A stretch of DNA of 64,000 nucleotides from Streptosporangiales bacterium (GTDB lineage: Bacteria > Actinomycetota > Actinomycetes > Streptosporangiales > WHST01), in NCBI GenBank assembly GCA_009379955.1, contig WHST01000016.1, forward strand, positions 10,591-74,590. The letters are read 5' to 3'. The position numbers and the translations under genes were made by a program. Below, one piece after another: positions 59,439 to 64,000 of this stretch. Below the pieces are notes generated by a model. The model was not told where the DNA came from, did no database searches, and was given only the letters and a program-made list of their open reading frames with translations. Position 1 is the stretch's first letter. Every line of letters begins with the position of its first letter.

Positions 59439-61949
59439 GTGACCGAAGACGCCACCACGTCGGAGCGGGTGTCGATCGAGCCCGTCGACCTCCAGGTGGA
59501 GATGCAACGCTCCTACCTGGACTACGCGATGAGCGTGATCGTCTCCCGTGCTCTACCCGACGTCCGCGACGGGCTCAAGCCGGTGCACCGGCGGGTGCTC
59601 TACGCGATGTACGACGGCGGGTACCGTCCCGACCGCAGTCACAGCAAGTGCTCGCGCGTCGTCGGCGACGTCATGGGGCACTACCACCCGCACGGTGACA
59701 CCGCGATCTACGACGCGCTGGTACGGCTGGCGCAGCCGTGGTCGATGCGTTACCCGCTCGTCGACGGGCAGGGCAACTTCGGCTCGCGGGGAAACGACCC
59801 GCCGGCCGCCATGCGCTACACGGAGTGCCGCATGGCGTCCCTCGCGATGGAGATGGTCCGGGCCATCGACGAGGACACCGTCGACTTCTCCGACAACTAC
59901 GACGGCAAGACCAAGGAGCCCGACGTCCTGCCGGCGCGGTTCCCGAACCTCCTGGTCAACGGCGCCTCGGGCATCGCCGTGGGCATGGCGACCAGCATCC
60001 CACCGCACAACCTGCGCGAGGTGGCCGACGGCGTCCAGTGGCTGCTCGAGCACCCGGAGGCGAGCAACGAGGAACTGCTGGCCGCGCTGCTCGAACGCGT
60101 CAAGGGGCCCGACTTCCCGACCGGCGCGCTGATCGTCGGCAAGGACGCGATCGAGCAGGCGTACCGCACCGGGCGCGGCGCGATCACCATGCGCGCGGTC
60201 GTCGAGGTCGAGGAGGACAACCGCGGCCGCGCGATCCTCGTCGTCACCGAGCTGCCGTACCAGGTCAACCCGGACAACCTCGCGCAGAAGATCGCCGACC
60301 TCGCCAGCACCGGCCGGGTGCAGGGCATCGCCGACATCCGCGACGAGTCGAGCGCCCGCGTCGGGCAGCGGCTCGTCGTCGTGCTCAAGCGCGACGCCGT
60401 GGCCAAGGTCGTCCTCAACAACCTGTACAAGCACACCCAACTGCAGGACACCTTCGGCGCGAACATGCTGGCGCTGGTCGACGGTGTGCCCCGCACACTG
60501 TCCATCGACAGGTTCGTCAAGCACTGGGTCGACCACCAGATCGACGTCATCGTCCGGCGCACGAGGTACCGGCTGCGCAAGCGCGAGGAGCGCCTGCACA
60601 TCGTCCGCGCGCTGCTCAAGGCAATCGACCGCATCGACGAGGTCATCAACCTGATCAGGTCGAGCGAGTCGGCGGCCGTTGCGCAGACCGCGCTGATGGA
60701 GTTCCTCGACATCGACGAGGTGCAGGCACGCGCGATCCTCGACATGCAGCTGCGCAAGCTGGCCGCGCTCGAGCGGCAGGAGCTGCAGTCGGAGCACGAC
60801 GCCCTCCTCGCCGAGATCACCGAGCTCAACGCGATCCTCGCGTCCCCGCCACGGCAGCGCGAGATCGTCAGCGAGGAGCTCGCGGCGATCGTCGATCAGT
60901 ACGGTGACGAGCGGCGTACGCGCATCGTGCCGCACGAGGGCGACATGACGGCCGAGGACCTCATCCCGCGGGAGGACGTCGTCGTCAGCATCACCCACGG
61001 CGGCTACGCCAAGCGCACGAAGTCCGACCTGTACCGGTCGCAGCGTCGCGGCGGGCGCGGCGTCCGTGGCGCGCAGCTGAAGCAGGACGACATCGTCGAC
61101 CACTTCTTCGTGACCAACACCCACCAGTGGATCCTGTTCTTCACGAACATGGGCCGGGTCTACCGCATCAAGGCCTACGAGCTCCCCGAGGCCGCGCGTG
61201 ACGCCAGGGGTCAGCACGTGGCGAACCTGATGGCGTTCCAGCCGGACGAGCGCATCGCCGGCGTCCTCGCGCTCCGCGACTACGAGGCGGCTCCGTACCT
61301 CGTCGTCGCCACCAAGCGCGGCCTGGTGAAGAAGACCAGGCTCACCGACTACGACTCGCCACGCACGGGTGGTCTCATCGCGGTCAACCTGCGCGACGAC
61401 GACGAGCTGATCGGCGCGCGCCTGGTCGGTCCCGAGGACGACGTCCTGGTGGTGTCGCGCAAGGGCATGTCGATCAGGTTCCACGCGTCGGACTCGGCAC
61501 TCCGCCCCATGGGTCGGGCGACGAGCGGCGTCATCGGCATGCGGTTCAGGGACGGCGACGAGCTGCTGGCCCTCGAGGTCGTGACGGCGGGGTCGTCCGT
61601 CTTCACGGCGACGTCCGGTGGCTACGCCAAGCGCACCCCGGTCGATGAGTGGATGGTGAAGGGCAGGGGCGGCCTCGGTATCAAGGCGATGCGCATCCCG
61701 GAGGAGCGCGGCACCCTGGTCGGCGCGGTCATCGTCCACGAGGGCGACGAGCTCTACGCGATGACGGCCAACGGCGGCGTCATCCGCACCCGAGTGACGG
61801 AGGGTGAGCTTCGTCCGCTGGGTCGTGACACTATGGGGGTGCGCCTCATCAATCTGGCGGACGGCGACGAGGTCGTGGCGATCGCCAGGAACGCCGAGGC
61901 GACCGTGGTCGACGACCCAGTCGACGAACCCGGAGAGGGGGACGCGTGA
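59439..61949 (+). CDS. gyrA: DNA gyrase subunit A
   Basis: ORF 59415..61949. GTG 59439 has a GGAGGG RBS. Motifs: [31 protein letters not shown] (QRDR), AAMRYTE (catalytic Tyr). C-terminal beta-pinwheel repeats. Confidence 0.95.
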   Translation: MTEDATTSERVSIEPVDLQVEMQRSYLDYAMSVIVSRALPDVRDGLKPVHRRVLYAMYDGGYRPDRSHSKCSRVVGDVMGHYHPHGDTAIYDALVRLAQPWSMRYPLVDGQGNFGSRGNDPPAAMRYTECRMASLAMEMVRAIDEDTVDFSDNYDGKTKEPDVLPARFPNLLVNGASGIAVGMATSIPPHNLREVADGVQWLLEHPEASNEELLAALLERVKGPDFPTGALIVGKDAIEQAYRTGRGAITMRAVVEVEEDNRGRAILVVTELPYQVNPDNLAQKIADLASTGRVQGIADIRDESSARVGQRLVVVLKRDAVAKVVLNNLYKHTQLQDTFGANMLALVDGVPRTLSIDRFVKHWVDHQIDVIVRRTRYRLRKREERLHIVRALLKAIDRIDEVINLIRSSESAAVAQTALMEFLDIDEVQARAILDMQLRKLAALERQELQSEHDALLAEITELNAILASPPRQREIVSEELAAIVDQYGDERRTRIVPHEGDMTAEDLIPREDVVVSITHGGYAKRTKSDLYRSQRRGGRGVRGAQLKQDDIVDHFFVTNTHQWILFFTNMGRVYRIKAYELPEAARDARGQHVANLMAFQPDERIAGVLALRDYEAAPYLVVATKRGLVKKTRLTDYDSPRTGGLIAVNLRDDDELIGARLVGPEDDVLVVSRKGMSIRFHASDSALRPMGRATSGVIGMRFRDGDELLALEVVTAGSSVFTATSGGYAKRTPVDEWMVKGRGGLGIKAMRIPEERGTLVGAVIVHEGDELYAMTANGGVIRTRVTEGELRPLGRDTMGVRLINLADGDEVVAIARNAEATVVDDPVDEPGEGDA

Positions 61950-62545
61950 GCGACTTGCAGCGTTTCGCCACGCGTGGCGCCACCGCGACCGGTACCCAGG
62001 GCGGACGCGCCCGGGAGGCGCAGGGCCGCCCGTCCGGTGGTCAGCCCGAGCAGGGTCCTGGTCAGGGTGGCCAGTCTGGAGGCAACGGCCAGCGCTCGAG
62101 GCCCGAGACCGGGCCACAGTCCCGGCTCATCCCGACGCGCGCGACCGGCAGCCAGCCACGGGTGCCGGGGCGTTCCCGTGCGCCGCGGCGGGCCCACCTG
62201 CTGCTCAGCAGGGTCGATCCGTGGTCGGTGATGAAGTTCAGCTTCGTGGTGTCGCTCGTCCTGTTCGTGGTGCTGTTCGTCGCGGTGGCGGTGCTGTACT
62301 CCGTGCTCTCCGGCATGGGTGTGTTCGACTCCGTGATCAGCACGGCTCGCGACCTGTCCGGCGGCAGTGACACCTGGGACGTCTCCAGCTGGTTCTCCGC
62401 CAAGACCATCCTCGGCTGGACCGCCGTCCTCGGCGCCGTCAACGTCGTCCTGGTCACCGCCCTCGCCACCCTGGGTGCCTTCGTCTACAACCTCGTGACG
62501 AGCCTCGTCGGCGGCATCGAGGTCACCCTCTCCGAGGCCGAGTGA
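61946..62545 (+). CDS. DUF3566-like transmembrane protein (Rv0007 position)
   Basis: GTG 61946 overlaps the gyrA stop as GTGA. Disordered G/Q/R-rich N-terminus, then [29 protein letters not shown] and a second helix. Confidence 0.7.
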   Translation: MSDLQRFATRGATATGTQGGRAREAQGRPSGGQPEQGPGQGGQSGGNGQRSRPETGPQSRLIPTRATGSQPRVPGRSRAPRRAHLLLSRVDPWSVMKFSFVVSLVLFVVLFVAVAVLYSVLSGMGVFDSVISTARDLSGGSDTWDVSSWFSAKTILGWTAVLGAVNVVLVTALATLGAFVYNLVTSLVGGIEVTLSEAE

Positions 62546-62599
62546 ATCCCGGGTGATTCCGACCGCGCCGGTGCGATAGGCTCGTTTCGTTCGTCTCCT

Positions 62600-62674
62600 G
62601 GGGCTATAGCTCAGCCCGGTTAGAGCGCTTCCCTGATAAGGAAGAGGTCCCTGGTTCAAGTCCAGGTAGCCCCA
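62600..62674 (+). tRNA. tRNA-Ile (anticodon GAU)
   Basis: Hand-folded cloverleaf. Acceptor GGGGCTA/TAGCCCC, anticodon arm CTTCC-CTGATAA-GGAAG, T-arm CCTGG-TTCAAGT-CCAGG, discriminator A. CCA is not encoded. Confidence 0.9.
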
Positions 62675-62681
62675 CCCCTCG

Positions 62682-62709
62682 GGCCGGTTCTTCGCCTGAA
62701 GAGCCGGCC
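62682..62709 (+). terminator. Candidate intrinsic terminator hairpin after tRNA-Ile
   Basis: GGCCGGTTCTTC-gcct-GAAGAGCCGGCC: a 12-bp stem (one G-U pair) and a 4-nt loop, followed only by TTCG (weak U-tract). Confidence 0.4.
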
Positions 62710-62802
62710 TTCGTGCGTCCCACGCTCCCGCGTAGGATTGCGCCAACCTGCACGACATCCCCGAGGCGCCGGCCGGCGCCGCCTACCGGAAGGGCGCGAC
62801 TG

Positions 62803-62925
62803 ATGAAGAAGCTGCTCCTCCTGCTCGCCGCCGTAGTCGCGGGCGTGTTCATCTGGCGCAAGGTCCAAGCGGACCGCGAGGAACAGGACCTCTGGACCGA
62901 GGCCACGTCCGCACCGGACGCCTGA
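62803..62925 (+). CDS. Small membrane protein, DLW-39 family-like
   Basis: 40 aa: MKKLLLLLAAVVAGVFIWRKVQADREEQDLWTEATSAPDA. ATG 62803 has a GGAAGGG RBS. One helix plus a DLW motif. It is the real part of ORF 62713..62925. Confidence 0.65.
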   Translation: MKKLLLLLAAVVAGVFIWRKVQADREEQDLWTEATSAPDA

Positions 62926-62936
62926 CGGCGACCATC

Positions 62937-63009
62937 GGGGCGATAGCTCAGTTGGTAGAGCACCTGCTTTGCAAGCAGGGGGTCGCCGGTTCGAGTCCGG
63001 TTCGCTCCA
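62937..63009 (+). tRNA. tRNA-Ala (anticodon UGC)
   Basis: Hand-folded cloverleaf. Acceptor GGGGCGA/TCGCTCC with the G3:U70 identity pair, anticodon arm CCTGC-TTTGCAA-GCAGG, T-loop TTCGAGT, discriminator A. Confidence 0.9.
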
Positions 63010-63120
63010 CTCCACAAACGAGCCCTGATCGGGCGTCACGGCCGACCCCTCGACGAGTCACATCATCCCCAGGTCAGGAGCACTGTCCGCGTCTTCCCAC
63101 CGTCGCCCCGTGACGCCTCC

Positions 63121-63273
63121 ATGGTGACCACGGCCCTGATCACGTGGCTCCGCGACTCTGATCCGGCATTGCGTTGGCAGGTCGAGCGCGATCTCGTCCA
63201 CGAACCGGAGTTCCGGCAGGTCGGTTCAGCGAAAGTTCCGCTGTGGGCGAGATCGGCGAAGGAGCAGAGATGA
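63121..63273 (+). other. 50-codon ORF, possible remnant of a larger gene
   Basis: MVTTALITWLRDSDPALRWQVERDLVHEPEF... Its TGA overlaps the next ATG as ATGA. The N-terminal peptide resembles the start of longer actinobacterial hypothetical proteins; this is recollection only. Confidence 0.25.
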
Positions 63274-63847
63274 GCAGTGTGGTGATGCACAACGTGGTGT
63301 CGGTGGACGGTTACATCGCCGACGAGCACGATCAGGTCGGCCCGTTGTTCGACTGGTACTCCAACGGTGACACCAAGCTGGCCGAAGGCGGCGGGCCGCA
63401 GATCTCGCAGGTATCGGCCGAGTATGTCCGGCCGATATGGGACAGCATCGGCTCGATGGTGATCGGGCGCCATCTGTTCGACCTGACGAACGGCTGGGAG
63501 GGCACGCCGCCGGCGGGTGACCACGTGGTCGTGGTGTCACACCGGCCCAAGCCGGCTGGGTGGCACCCGGAGGTGTCGTACCACTTCGTCGACGACGTGG
63601 CTCAGGCGGTCGCGAAGGCGAAGGAGCTGGCCGGTGACCGTACCGTTGCGGTGGCGGCGGGCGACATCGGCGGGCAGGCCCTCGCACTGGGTCTGGTGGA
63701 TGAGGTGGCGATGGACGTCGTGCCTGTGGTGTTCGGGTCGGCAAGCGGTACTTCGGGTCGGTCGTCGGCCAGCAGCTGCTGGAGGACCCCGACGTGGTGA
63801 TCCGGGGTGACCGGGTGCTGCACCTGCACTACCGGGTTCGCCGCTGA
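63270..63847 (+). pseudogene. Dihydrofolate-reductase-family (RibD C-terminal domain-like) gene with a 1-nt frameshift
   Basis: ATG 63270 (GAAGGAG RBS). MSSVVMHNVVSVDGYIADEHDQ... reads normally up to VVPVVFGS (63740), then turns into an S/G/R-rich tail ending at 63800. Shifting -1 at 63740 gives GKRYFGSVVGQQLLEDPDVVIRGDRVLHLHYRVRR, then TGA at 63845-47, a typical family C-terminus. Confidence 0.65.
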
Positions 63848-63918
63848 CGGTTGGGCCTCACGGAGACGTGGCGCAGACGAGGGAGGGCATGTCGTCGACG
63901 CCCCCGAGTGACCCCCGG

Positions 63919-64000
63919 TCAGACGTTGTCGCGTGGGACGGTCTTCGTGCGGTGGTCGGTGAAGATCCGCACGCCATCCTCGAACGCCTCGACCGCGTTG
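63919..64000 (-). CDS. 3' end of an unidentified minus-strand gene (27 codons in the window)
   Basis: The reverse strand reads ...NAVEAFEDGVRIFTDHRTKTVPRDNV, then TGA (63921-19). It is too short to assign. Confidence 0.2.
   Translation of the reverse strand, partial: NAVEAFEDGVRIFTDHRTKTVPRDNV

Noticed and set aside
61966-61979. A perfect 14-bp palindrome, CGCCACGCGTGGCG, just inside the DUF3566 gene. It loosely resembles a parS core (…TTTCgCCACGcGTGG…).
   Set aside because: It does not match parS outside the CACG/CGTG centre. A few 14-bp GC-rich palindromes are expected by chance in 64 kb of this composition, and this one lies in coding sequence.
62546-63270. A search for a genomic island, integrase or att repeat at the tRNA-Ile / tRNA-Ala locus. 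CRISPR arrays, IS elements and toxin-antitoxin or defence genes were also looked for across the whole window.
   Set aside because: No integrase or transposase motifs were seen. There is no direct repeat of the tRNA 3' ends within the window and no spacer-repeat periodicity. The only signs of decay are the small remnant ORF and the frameshifted gene, both reported separately.
63738-63742. The possibility that the -1 shift in the DHFR-family gene is a programmed ribosomal frameshift.
   Set aside because: There is no slippery heptamer (the sequence is GGGTCGGCAAG) and no obvious downstream stimulatory structure. A single-base G deletion or a sequencing indel is the simpler explanation.

Overview
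This is a very high-GC (roughly 70% by eye) actinobacterial chromosome segment spanning the replication origin.
- Right part (45-63 kb): the canonical origin block. parB-parA-rsmG-jag-yidC-yidD-rnpA-rpmH lie on the minus strand. dnaA-[oriC]-dnaN-gnd-recF-DUF721(dciA)-gyrB-gyrA-DUF3566-tRNA-Ile-DLW-39-tRNA-Ala lie on the plus strand.
- Middle (29-45 kb): the conserved envelope/redox block syntenic with M. tuberculosis Rv3907c-Rv3916c. It holds cca, NUDIX, a DUF6049-like gene, murJ, a separately encoded pseudokinase/discoidin protein, an ECF sigma with a ZAS anti-sigma, trxB-trxA, pdxY and cwlM, plus an aminotransferase and ddl.
- Left part (0-29 kb): more variable.
  - Regulators, transport and repair: a recQ fragment, a GH51 arabinofuranosidase, an ABM-TetR-Lnt-like operon, LacI/MFS, ung and a NarL-type two-component system.
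  - Membrane proteins: an unknown polytopic membrane protein and an HTTM-like pair.
  - Beta-oxidation genes (fadA, fadB, acyl-CoA dehydrogenase, Mcr) with a tightly appended GNAT / ThDP-enzyme / amino-acid-dehydrogenase trio.
  - An ABC-F ATPase, AKR-MerR, and an S8 protease with a large polytopic membrane N-terminus.
- Read directly from the DNA: two near-consensus parS sites inside the parA 5' extension, DnaA-box clusters on both sides of dnaA, and a GGAAT-N18-GTT (SigR/SigH-type) promoter for trxBA. Also seen were a 37-bp palindrome abutting the TetR start, a 19-bp-spacer MerR-type promoter, rpmH (absent from the ORF track) and a frameshifted DHFR-family pseudogene.
- Not seen: CRISPR, IS/transposase, integrase, toxin-antitoxin or recognisable defence genes.
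- I did not find a convincing novel multi-gene system. The best candidates for undescribed biology are given as hypotheses only.
- ORF-track starts are the most upstream start codons. Many were re-called downstream using RBS, ATGA/GTGA coupling and homology logic. The long R/P/G-rich ORFs antisense or out of frame to recognisable genes are treated as high-GC artefacts.
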